Positions 1-10,973 of a stretch of DNA of 43,523 bases are shown in pieces; position 1 is the first letter of the stretch, and each line of letters starts with the position of its first letter. Source of the stretch: Macrostomum lignano (taxonomy: Eukaryota). Both the position numbers and the translations under genes were made by a program. Where the stretch lies: positions 1-43,523 of the forward strand of contig NIVC01004517.1 of the NCBI GenBank assembly GCA_002269645.1, in the 5' to 3' direction. Under the pieces are notes generated by a model. That model worked only from the letters and a program-made list of their open reading frames with translations. It had not been told where the DNA came from and did not search any database.

Positions 1-649
1 AGAACATTTTCTGAGTTCGCCACAATGTCACGAAAATGGACAGTAAACAAAAATGCAATTCTCTGTTTGCAAAGGCTCTGTTTGAATTTCCACACTCGCT
101 TATGCGCGTTTGCATTTGCTATAATTTTTTCCATACATAGCTTTTCTGTCTGTTTTGTGCGTAGGCTTGCAGATATAATAGGAGCATGGGGGTCAGAGGT
201 CTTGGGGTGTGCCCGACTGTGCGCGCTCGCCAGCCAATTATCTAACAATAGAAGAATGAGCAAATGTATTTGAGCATTCGCGAGCTAATGCGGCTGTGAA
301 TTTTAATGAAAAACTTCATGCAACAACGTGCATCACCTCGATTCTGCTGAGTCATGGTCAGAAGGCTTGACCCCTGGAAGAGAGGGGGGGAGAGAATGAA
401 TGAAGAAAGCAGAAAGAGAAGACATGACGCGGCGAAAACGTGCCAACAGATGCACATTGCAGAGACATGTTGATGCGCGCAGTCTGTCTGTCTCACAGGT
501 TAGGTGAGGGTTTGCAGCTGCTCTTGGGTTTGGGGTTTGAGGGTCAATAGCCAGTCTCACACAGCGTTTATATTTCCGAACCCGCAAAGCCGGACCGAGA
601 GTGAATGTGCTGCAGTAAAATTTTCTTGAGTTTCAAATTAACTATAGTC

Positions 650-2581
650 ATGAAGGCTGGAACTGGCAAAGCCAACTCAACGAGCAATGGAAGCGGAACC
701 GAAGCCAAAACTTTTGCCCTAATCGATCAGCTCGTAGATAAAAATCGCGACTTGCTTGACAAATCGGCGGGCGACCGGGTCGCCGAGGACATCCAGGCCC
801 GACTGGCCTATCCTTGGTGCACCGATCTGCCAGTCGTGTTGTCGAAACGTTTGCCACTGTTGGCGCGAATCTGGTGCTGCGTCAAGCGCTGGACCTGGCG
901 CTTAATGTTGATCTACCTGCTCTACGCCGCCGCCTCAGCCACCGTCAGCTTCTATTTCGAGTCGCAGATTGACGCCTGGCAGAGAAGCGACGCCTACACT
1001 GACTATTCTCTGGGCGTGAATTACATCGTGCGCAAGCTTGCCGTGTGGACCGGCACGCCTAAAATGGACTCCGTTCAGGAACTGGCGGCTGGAGAGTGCT
1101 TGTTGAGCAATCCGATCTATCGAAAGCCGCTGATGTGCTGCAATTGCAAGTTCAACGTCACGCTGTCTAAAGTTACTGACGTCCCGAAGGTAGCGTACTG
1201 CTTGGAAAAATAGCGGGAATATCGGTTGCTTAGCTTCTTGAATCATTTTATGATAGTCTTCTCTGAGACCCACTTTTCTTAAACCATTGACCCACACTAA
1301 TTTAGTGTAATCTATCTTAACTCCATCTTATTTAATGGACATAACTCAACTCAATAAAATCTACTAAACTTTACTCAATCAAATCTACTGGACGTCACTT
1401 AATTAGATTTATTAGATGTAACTCAATCAAACTACTGGACGTCACTCAATCAAATCTAATGGACGTCACTCCATTTGAAGGTCAATGCAAGATTTCAGCA
1501 TTCTCACATCTTATGCTTTATTTGTAGTAGGGTGATTTGAAAATTATCAAAAAATCGTTTTCAGCTAAACTCAAACATAAGAGTAATAAATTATCAAACA
1601 ATCAAATGATTAGAGCCGTTTGCGTGCTCAACTGTGAAGCAGCTGCTTTGCGCAGAATGTCCTTTCTAAAGTATTCTCAAAACGATGCTCAACCAAATGA
1701 GATTCATCAGCTAAGAGGATCTTATAGTCTATTTTCGATCATGTTTTTCAAGTGACTTATCAAGATCCACAGGGGGGATTTGTAAGGCAAAGACTTATTC
1801 GCACTCTAAGGGGGGCTGACTGAGACAGATTCGAGTGTACTTTTGGCCGCTGGATATACTCAGATTTCACGACTTTCCTGCCTTCCTTCCTGAACCAAAT
1901 AAATAATTCGTTTCCAATGCCGCCTCCCCATAGGTGATGGAGAACTTTGACAAGCTAGTGAGTACCGGCCGCCCTCGGGCCTTCATCGTCGTCAACCATA
2001 TCCAGCAGCCAGTGAGCTACCAGACCATTCGCGACATCGCCCTGGCGAACGAGGCCGACCTGAACATTGGCTTCAACCGGTTCTACACCCTGTCCGGCCC
2101 CCGCGTGTCCAGCACGCAGCAGCTGTTCGCCGACCCAGCCGCGCCGCCGACCCACTCTGCCGTCGTCTGGCAGTTCGGACACGTCGAAGCGTTGCGCCAT
2201 TTCCGCAACGTTGTCCTTCGGCCGCATTTCGTATCGCGCGAACTGGAGATTAATCTGCAGCGCCAGTTTTTGTTCTTCGGCTCCGAGCACACTGACCGAG
2301 TGCCGCTTAACACGATGGCTGACATCGACGGCCAGGTGTACATTGTTGGCCTGGCTGGCGAGATCGTGTTCACCATCAAGTCCGACCCGAACTGCTGCAA
2401 GAAGCCGGAGAATCAAGTAACGAGATTCGCCAAAGTGCGCCCCGGCCGGCTGCTGTCGTTACCGTCCAACTGCTACAACATCCTGGCTCGGCGGAACGGC
2501 ACAGACTACGCCATGGCCTATGTGGGCTCGGTGGCCATGGCCCAGCACCCGTCTGCTGAGCGGGTGAAGCCGAAGAAGTGA
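650..2581 (+). CDS. Two-exon single-pass membrane protein, C6orf89 (BRAP)-like; exons 650-1189 and 1934-2581
   Basis: ORFs 605-1213 and 1934-2581 join in phase 0 through the donor CCGAAG|GTAGCG (intron starts 1190) and the acceptor CCCCATAG|GTG (intron ends 1933), giving ...DVPK|VMENFDK.... One hydrophobic segment (WRLMLIYLLYAAASATVSFYF) is followed by ECLLSNP..CCNC and later W..(A)LR..RPHF and G..V..I.SDPNCC motifs, as I recall from invertebrate C6orf89-like proteins. The family call is from memory. Confidence 0.7.
1330..1472. repeat. Degenerate ~27-bp tandem repeat (AAATCTACTGGACGTCACTCAATC-like) in the intron
   Basis: Three to four imperfect copies are visible, e.g. near 1381, 1430 and 1451. 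Confidence 0.55.
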
Positions 2582-2765
2582 ATGGACGGGTTGAATGCCG
2601 TTCTGAATTAACTCATTATATTTATAAAATACTGATTCGGTGGTCTATATACACAAGAATGCCAGCCTGTTACTACTAGTCGCTACTCACTAGGCATCTA
2701 GCACACGAGGAGTTAGTCACGATACACATATCGTGATACTACGAGTATATAGGTAGATAAACAGC

Positions 2766-2967
<202 letters not shown>

Positions 2968-3553
2968 CCTAACAAAATATGATTGTTTCATATATGCGTT
3001 ACTAGAATTAATTTAGCTAGAGAAACAAATTACTAGGCAGAGAATTATTACCACCGAAACAGAGCGCTTACGAATTTATTCAATCACTACACGCTATTCC
3101 GCTATACCCGTTACAAAATACACTCGAAGCAAATCTATAGTTCGCTGTTAGTTTGACAAGTCTATAAAAATATTCATCAAACAAGAAGATAGATCTACTG
3201 TAACTCAAAGACGCGAGTTGAAATATGAAAATTGGATTTTTGTGTGTTTTTCAGTGAAGCCGTTTATTGAGTTCTATTGACGCAAACAGCGGTGGATGAG
3301 GGAGCGATGGAGGCGAGTTAAGAGTAGGCGACTGGCTGAGCACAGCTGGCTCACCTGCCGGCGCCAGCAGATTTTTTTCAAATGATGGAGCTAAGGGGGG
3401 GGGGCTTCCAGCTGCCCTTGCATAGGCAACCGGTGATTGAGTCGCCCACTCGGAGCCGGCGTCCATCGAGTCCTGCTGTCTGGCGTAAACAGCCATTACG
3501 GTTGCTTTTGCCTGGGACACTCCCAACCGTAGGATGGGAATTTATAAGCTTCG

Positions 3554-3784
<231 letters not shown>

Positions 3785-4521
3785 ATTCAGATTCCTTCCT
3801 GTTTTTTCTTGACGGTGAGCTTCTTGTGTATGCAGATACAGACTCCTTTGCCCCATCTGGACTCAAGACCGGACTAAACTAAACTCCAATTCGAGAAAAA
3901 ATGATTTAAAAAAATTGTCGACAAATTTTCAGTCGCAGACTCGAAGCGCGAATCAAGTGGAAGCTTCAAAGCAAAAAAACAGAGCAATTTCGTCTGGCGC
4001 ACCTGTGGCACAATTTATTTTTTGAGGGAGGAAAATTGGGACGTTTTTGTTTGTCTGTCTTATGGACCAATTCGGCTGCCCGCAGAGCGGCAGAGCCGTT
4101 TGAATATAATTGATCAATTATTTCGAAAATTTGCTCAGCATGGACCAGGTAGTTAACTGCTGCGAAACAAAGTCAAAGCAAAATTTCCTGCAGCAAATTT
4201 TCAAAACAGCAAAGCTTTACTTATAATTGTTTTTTCCAGCAATTTGCTAACAAATTGTTGGAAATCGCTCTTGAATGGGAAATTGTTTAAAGCAATTTTT
4301 GATGGGAAATCTTTTTTTATTGCCGCGACTTGCCTTCCCAGCTGTCTTGGTCGGCTGTCCGAGTGTCCGATCCAAGTTATTTTCTGGGCTTGTGTGTACT
4401 GCTGGGGCGCTTTCATATCTCAGAAATTTCATATTTCCGAATCGTATTTCCGAAATTTCATATCTCTGACGCTCCATATCTTTATATCATATCATATGAA
4501 GTCTGTTGCTAAGCTTGTCTG

Positions 4522-5466
4522 GGATGTGAAGTGTCGGAGATATGGATCGAGTGTTGGAGATGTGAAGTGTTGGAGATATGGAGTGTTGGAGATGTGAAGT
4601 GTCGGAGATATGGAGTGTTGGAGATGTGAAGTGTCGGAGATATGGAGTGTTGGAGATGTGAAGTGTTGGAGATGCGAAGTCGGAGATATGGAGTGTTGGA
4701 GATGTGAAGTGTCGGAGATGTGAAGTGTCGGAGATATGGAGTGTTGGAGATGCGAAGTCGGAGATATGGAGTGTTGGAGATGTGAAGTGTCGGAGATGTG
4801 AAGTCGGAGATATGGAGTGTTGGAGATGTGAAGTGTCGGAGATATGGAGTGTTGGAGATGTGAAGTGTCGGAGATGTGAAGTGTCGGAGATATGAAGTGT
4901 CAAAGATATGAAGTGTCGGAGATATGAGATATCGGAGATATGAAGTGTCGGAGTTGGGAAGTGTTGGAGATGTGAAGTGTCGGAGATGTGAAGTGTCGGA
5001 GATATGAAGTGTCAAAGATATGAAGTGTCGGAGATATGAGATATCGGAGATATGAAGTGTCGGAGTTGGGAAGTGTTGGAGATGTGAAGTGTCGGAGATG
5101 TGAAGTGTCGGAGATATGGAGTGTTGGAGATGTAAAGTGTCGGAGATGTGAAGTCGGAGATATGGAGTGTTGGAGATGTGAAGTGTCTGAGATATGAAGT
5201 GTCAGAGATATGAAGTGTCGGAGATATGGAGTGTTGGAGATGTAAAGTGTCGGAGATGTGAAGTCGGAGATATGGAGTGTTGGAGATATGAAGTGTCGGA
5301 GTTGGGAAGTGTTGGAGATGTGAAGTGTCGGATATATGAAGTGTCAGAGATATGAAGTGTCGGAGATATGGAGTGTTGGAGATATGAAGTGTCGGAGTTG
5401 GGAAGTGTTGGAGATGTGAAGTGTCGGAGATATGAAGTGTCGGAGATATGAAGTGTCGGAGATATG
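4522..5466. repeat. Compound 16-bp minisatellite (GAGATGTGAAGTGTCG / GAGATATGGAGTGTTG variants)
   Basis: Alternating 16-bp variants over about 950 bp. Inverted-orientation fragments (CATATCTC) lie upstream at about 4410-4495. Confidence 0.95.
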
Positions 5467-5984
5467 ATTGCCGGATATGTGAAAGAAGCTGCTTTTCAAA
5501 GATATAAAAGTAGGGGAACTAATATGCAAGGATCCTATGTTCGCATAATCAAATACATCTGGATACGCTACAACAATGCTGTGTCTTCGTTCAGTGAAGT
5601 CACTTATTGAAATGCCAACTTCGGGCGGGCGACTCGCATAGCAATTATGTAGTACACCTTTTCACGTTCAATTTTGATCAAAGTCCAGTTCTAAAAAAAC
5701 TAGCGGAAATTCAATTCAGACTGAGGATAATTTTGTCTATGGCTAAACCTTACTTCGGTTAGAATGTTTTGAACTGGGGTCAGACTGGGCCCCAGTCTAA
5801 ATTGTCTGAATTGAATTGCTAGAAAATTTAGAATACTAATTATTATTTAAGTTGAACTGGAAATTGATACCACATTGAAACCACAGGAATTTAAAACATA
5901 TAACTGCAATACTACGAAAACAAATGTCGGCAAAACTTAGTAGTTTTTTCAGTTTGGGTAGCATTGACGATGTCAGGTTGCATC

Positions 5985-6600
5985 CTAGGGCTTGAAATTG
6001 AACGCGCAGTTCGCAAAAGTTCCATTGAAGTTAAGCGAAAACGCTGAACGGTTCCCTACTACGTTGGTGGAATCCACGTCGATCACCTGATTCATAAGGT
6101 GCTGACTGGACGAAACAGGTCCGAGCTTGGTGACAGGCACGACCACTTTTGGGTCTACGTTGACCAAAAAAGTAAACGAGTACGAAGTACACCTCGTGCA
6201 GAAGTAGTTGGAGTTGACCGATCAAAATAGCTAGATAGCTTTTCCAGGTCTTCCTTGCAAATTGCCTCAAAATGTTCGATCCTTCCGCCAGCTTTAAGAA
6301 AAAGTCTGCCAACGGCTTTTAACGCCAAATTAGCTTTGAGTAAAAGCGATATCCTCAATGATATTCAGCCGGCGAACACGCAAAAAATAGCGACAGAGTC
6401 CGGCTCTAACACAGATCAGCGTAGTTGGTGCATAAAAGGTCTTGTCGAAGTGTAGCGTAAAAGTACTTTAACTTTTCAGCTAGATATTCAACGTCACAAG
6501 TATCGATGTCGCGACCTAGGCACGAGTCATCTCTCCATTGGTGCACGCTTGAAATATCTATGATCTAAACTTGGTGTTGAGCGGCCTTAGTGGAATTACG
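5985..6600 (-). pseudogene. Decayed Crypton-type tyrosine recombinase (DUF3504/KCTD1-ZMYM-like), frameshifted and internally deleted
   Basis: Stitching minus-strand frames gives YLAEKLKYFYATLRQD / YAPTTLICVRAGLCRYFLRVRRLNIIEDIAFTQS / NLALKAVGRLFLKAGGRIEHFEAICKEDLEKLSSYFDRSTPT / LHEVYFVLVYFFGQRR and ends ...FNGTFANCAFNFKP*. This follows the motif order of CryptonA/DUF3504 proteins (L..FY..R..DG..Y...L...RA...RY; H..I...DL.KL; TP..L...V.F....FG.RGRE). At least three frameshifts are needed, and the distal catalytic region is missing. Confidence 0.75.
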
Positions 6601-9206
6601 AGCCGTATTTTCATTCTAGTATTGTCTTAATTTTAACGATCGTGTATACCAAAGCTCATAGTCGTGATCTACGACGCGGCATCGGGTGAACGAATTGGCC
6701 TACTACACATGTCAGAAGGAGACGTGGTCGCGGCACCTCCTCGGCTGAGATTGGCGAGAGTACGAGTATTCAGCGCGAGTCAACCATGCTCAGCATGTTC
6801 GACGATCTGGCTCAATTAGATGTGAACGAACCCGAGGAGATTTTACTCGGTCAGGATCTGGATCAGGATCGAGACCTGCTCAATGAGATGGATCTTATAC
6901 AATTGGACGAAACGCTGAAGTCGTATTAAATAAAGTTTTTTGTTCGGTGTGGTTTGGCCATAGACATTAGGCTCGATTGGTATACCCATAGATCTTATAT
7001 TCCCTAGATAAGCCACTCACGACCACAAGCACACCCATAGAGCCTTCGTCTTTCTTGAAGATTTTGCGACCACGGTATCAGGTCAGTAGCTTGTGCGCGT
7101 CTTAGGGGTTTTTAAAGGTATATTTAGACGGCAGGCGCAAGCCATACTTGCAGTCCGTGTAGTCCTTGTTCCGGAAAAAGGCTATGCCTGACTCCTATGA
7201 CTTAAAGGACGACTTAGGGCCGCTTAACGATTCAAGTCACTCCTAGGGAAGTTGTGCAGCGACATGTTGACTCCATTACTTGTTGGTGGCGGCAATTTAC
7301 GAGCTATGTGCGCTGCATCCCCGAACATGGCAGCCCTCGAATTCAGCGCTCTTCCGCCCATTTGTTTGATAGCAAAGCGCAAGGACGCGAGGACCAGTGA
7401 ACTTTGTGTCTGTTGTGAATATTTTTGTAACCACGAAAGAAATATGTCATGTCCCTTTAAGCTACTGACCTCAGACTTGTCTTAAACGCTGTCGGCTTAA
7501 TTCAATCTTTCTTGCAATTTTCGTGGTCGGTCTTTTCCTAATGAATGCACTGAGAGTGGCCTATCTAGGGAATATAAGATCTATGGGTATACCTCTAAAA
7601 ACACCTACAAAATGATACGATATATTTTTTCTTGATCTGTTAACAGCACTTCGGTTATTTGAGCAAGAGACTGAGAGGGGCAAAAAGGAATGCTCATAGA
7701 CTATGATAGCAATATAATATTCACATACGCGCGTTTCGAAACATAAACTCCAACCCCTTGACCAACGACAGGCACCAGAGCCGTTTCCTTGGCTTCGGGA
7801 GCCAGTCTGAAGCATCCACAGCCAGAGTCGCTTTCATTGGCGTCCGGAGCCACTAGGCTTCTAAGACTGACGGATTGTTGGACACAATTTCAACATCCGA
7901 TGTTGTAGTCCTAGCAGCAGCTCTCTTCCAATGTCTTCATTTTTTATCATCTTGAAGCGTCGCACTCCTTCGTGCTTCTCTTCGTCGGAATAAAAAATTC
8001 CAAGGGGTCCAGAGGCGCAGTGTTTTCCATATAATATTGTCACTAACTTTTCCAAACTGGCAATACTTTAGACACAGACAAGTAACTTTAATCTTTGCGG
8101 CCATAGACAACTTTCGGGAGTTTCTGCAGGCTGTGCGATGCCTACATGTAAGATTAAATATACTCAGCAACAGTGTCCACCCTTTCCGCGGGAATCATTA
8201 CGTCAACAGATGAATGGAATGTTCGAAAATAGACTATCTTGTCCATGGTTGTTCCCAGCAAGCAATCCCAACCACCGGTAGTCAAGAGAATCAAGAAAAA
8301 AGTCTTGAAGCCAACTTCATGGCCAAAGACAACGTTGTTTAAAGTACTTTGAATGTACTCGTAATCCACTTTGCCTGTGCGCCTCGTCTATTCCCCCAGT
8401 GTTAAATGAGCGGTGATAATCAGTAGCGTAACTCTGCTACCATAGACAAACCAACCAGATGGATAGACATGGATAGCGAGTCGCACATGCCGTGGATTAT
8501 ATACAAAGAATCTCCTCGTATCGGGCGATTATTGTTTATATTTTATAACTTAACAAGCGCTGTAACTGAGGCTGATCGTGTCACACTGCTCGACATTCTT
8601 TTTCGATCGTTTTTGGCACTATCTAGAGCAGCAATGCACTATCTATTCGCATGACGCAATGCATGATTACGCAAATGTTACCAAAAGAACATACGCCCGT
8701 GGTCATGGGTAGCTGTAAAGCTAGGGTTGAAAGTGCAACTCATTTTATAGCGGTAATCCATTATACTAAAATAACTATACTAAACTTTCTATTAAGTCAC
8801 AAGTTTAATTCTAATTTTTTTTTGAATTCCTTCTTTCAGAGATTCGCTATTTCGTAATTCTCTCGTGATTTCCTTCAGAGTCCTTCGAACTGATTTTTGC
8901 ATTCAGATACTTTTTTATCAACGATTCACAACGAAGTCACATGTAAGATGGGGCTCAAACTCTAATTCAAACAGTTTTGTACAATAATAAACAATTGCTT
9001 AAAATACTAGCAGAAAAATGGCAGGATTTCTGAGTAAGGGCCAGATAGGATTCCTTCTTTCTGCTTTCTTTCCGATCTCAGAAACGCCCCAAGTCAGACC
9101 GCGGCAGTCGAACCGCGTCTTTTTTGCACAGCCAATATGATCGAGCAGCCAATTGTCGCCTGTTTGCGTAGGGAAGCGGGTAGGCGGCAGATAAACGGGA
9201 AAAGTC

Positions 9207-9214
9207 TATAAATA
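9207..9214 (+). promoter_or_regulatory. TATA box of the secreted-protein gene
   Basis: TATAAATA lies about 97 bp upstream of ATG 9304, with TCAG initiator-like motifs about 20-30 bp downstream. AATAAA follows the gene at about 9928. Confidence 0.6.
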
Positions 9215-9303
9215 CAAATCTGCTTCCTCAGCCTCAGCAGCAAAACTTCAGAGCGCAGTTTGAACTTCTAAAAGTCTCTTTAACATTCAAACTAATAAGC
9301 ACA

Positions 9304-9735
9304 ATGTCCTACCTAAGCCTACTGACCTGCCTAGGCGTTTTGGCTACCGGACTGGTTGTCGGCACCTCGGCCGCCTCCCTGAAGCTGCCGTATTTCGATG
9401 ACGACGTCTTCCCTACGCAGTACCCGATCGACGCCGCTACCCAGCCGACACCGAAGCCAGGCATCGGCGTCAACCGCCTGGAAATGGTTGGCGCCTGCGC
9501 CGACCCGGAGCACGGTCCTGCCATATTCAACAGCTGCCTGGTGTGCGCCTGGTACGAGTTCATGTCGCACAGCCGATCGACAGAGACGCTGTTCGACCAG
9601 GACAAGTTCGCCGAGTGCTGCCAGCAGTCATCTAACGGCCACTACGCCTGCTTTGATAAGCCGGTCTATCCGAGCATCGGCCTGCGTCCCTCTGATCAGC
9701 AGGACTTTCCGATGCAGTCGATTGAGCAGTCCTAA
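9304..9735 (+). CDS. Intronless secreted cysteine-rich protein (143 aa), family unassigned
   Basis: N-terminal signal-peptide-like segment (MSYLSLLTCLGVLATGLVVGTSA), six mature-region Cys in a C-x12-C-x2-C-x23-CC-x9-C pattern, GC-rich third codon positions, upstream TATA and downstream AATAAA. Confidence 0.8.
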   Translation: MSYLSLLTCLGVLATGLVVGTSAASLKLPYFDDDVFPTQYPIDAATQPTPKPGIGVNRLEMVGACADPEHGPAIFNSCLVCAWYEFMSHSRSTETLFDQDKFAECCQQSSNGHYACFDKPVYPSIGLRPSDQQDFPMQSIEQS

Positions 9736-10099
9736 ACTAAAGTCAACTGCGGCAACAAAGCCTAATTGGCTATGAACGAGGCAGAATTGACTGAAATTTG
9801 ACGCGCGCGCTTGCACTACTGTCCCCGTCAACCCCCTTCGCTCCCCCTGTGACAAGTCCCTCCCTACGAGCTGAAACCAAAGCACAAAAAGAGGAAAAAT
9901 ATAGCAATGCAGCGATCACGCTCGTGTAATAAAAAAAGTTCCAAGCGCCGCGACAGATTTGTCATCTAATTAAAGCAACTTTGCAAGCAAAATCTTTGAA
10001 AATTCAATATTAACGAGCGGGGCCCCATTTGCTTGTCCCACTCAGACTGTTTTCATTGTCTTAGTTCTTTTAGTCCTTAGAAATGAAAGGGAAGAAGCT

Positions 10100-10172
10100 C
10101 GACTGCAATTGGAATCGAGCCTGGGCCATGAGAGCACGAGAGAGCTGCGCTGGACCACTGGGCTACGGCCCT
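10100..10172 (-). mobile_element. tRNA-derived SINE-like head / tRNA pseudogene
   Basis: The minus strand has an A box (TAGCCCAGTGG, 10155-10165) and a near B box (GGCTCGATTCC, 10111-10121) at tRNA spacing, but no intact cloverleaf. Confidence 0.5.
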
Positions 10173-10973
10173 GAATGCCTATGGTGAAACCCCATATAGC
10201 GCTGTAAAAAACAGCGTTCTATTAGGCCTTTACTTCATCTAATTGGTTGCGTGGCCGTCAGCACAGATTTTCCATAGAAAAACCTTAGAAAACCATAGAC
10301 AACAGAAATCAGTTCGGTTTTTTAAACTGTGAACAGTTTTGGCCAAAGCCGGAAGGCATGGCTAAATTAAAGAAAATGCGCAGAGAGGACCATACGCTAA
10401 AATCAGTCCGGCGGACAAAGAAAGGATCGTGAATACTTTCGATAGGATCCGGTTATAGACAATAGCCGGAATCGGTTTTAAGGACTGTTTGCTAGTCTAC
10501 GTTAAGTACGAGTTTGGACAATTTTAATACTGGATTCGTGTTATTCTAAATTATTTTGTTCGCACTCTAAAGCAATTAAAAACAGATTTTTTAGATACTT
10601 TTTCTTGCGTGATAAAACAGCCTACTTGCGTTCAGTGATCTGGATACAAGCACTCGATATTGACTCAGAGAACGACTAGCTTGTACAGTGCTACTAGCTA
10701 CACTCGTACTTGAAAGAAAAAAATCGAAACAAACTATAAATTGAATCATTTTAACTACCAAAAAGCAGCCATTGTAATGTCTGTACACATTGTACTTTTC
10801 CAGACCAACGATAGTGCATAATGCATGACAAGATATAAAAATGCCGAGCAAATTCATTTCATACAATGGAACTGATTTAATACACGCGTGATAAAACTGG
10901 TATACACATACTACTGACAACTCAGCATTAACGGACTGAAAAATGCTAGCGATTTCACTGCCAAGGGCCAGAC

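Noticed and set aside
25-587. Short ORFs at the window start
   Set aside because: No motifs or coding bias; likely upstream or intergenic sequence.
1955-2420. Antisense and alternative-frame ORFs over GC-rich exons (also 9309-9885, 37343-38460, 41259-42770)
   Set aside because: Expected shadows of GC3-rich coding sequence, with no independent motifs.
6063-6230. Plus-strand HVDH/HDH motifs suggesting an HUH endonuclease
   Set aside because: The frame has stops, and the opposite strand is better explained as a Crypton recombinase relic.
7561-8460. Cluster of short minus-strand ORFs, possibly a decayed transposase
   Set aside because: No recognisable motif could be stitched across frames.
10100-10172. 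Functional tRNA genes at 10.1, 14.5 and 40.9 kb
   Set aside because: A and B boxes are present, but the acceptor, anticodon and T stems do not pair.
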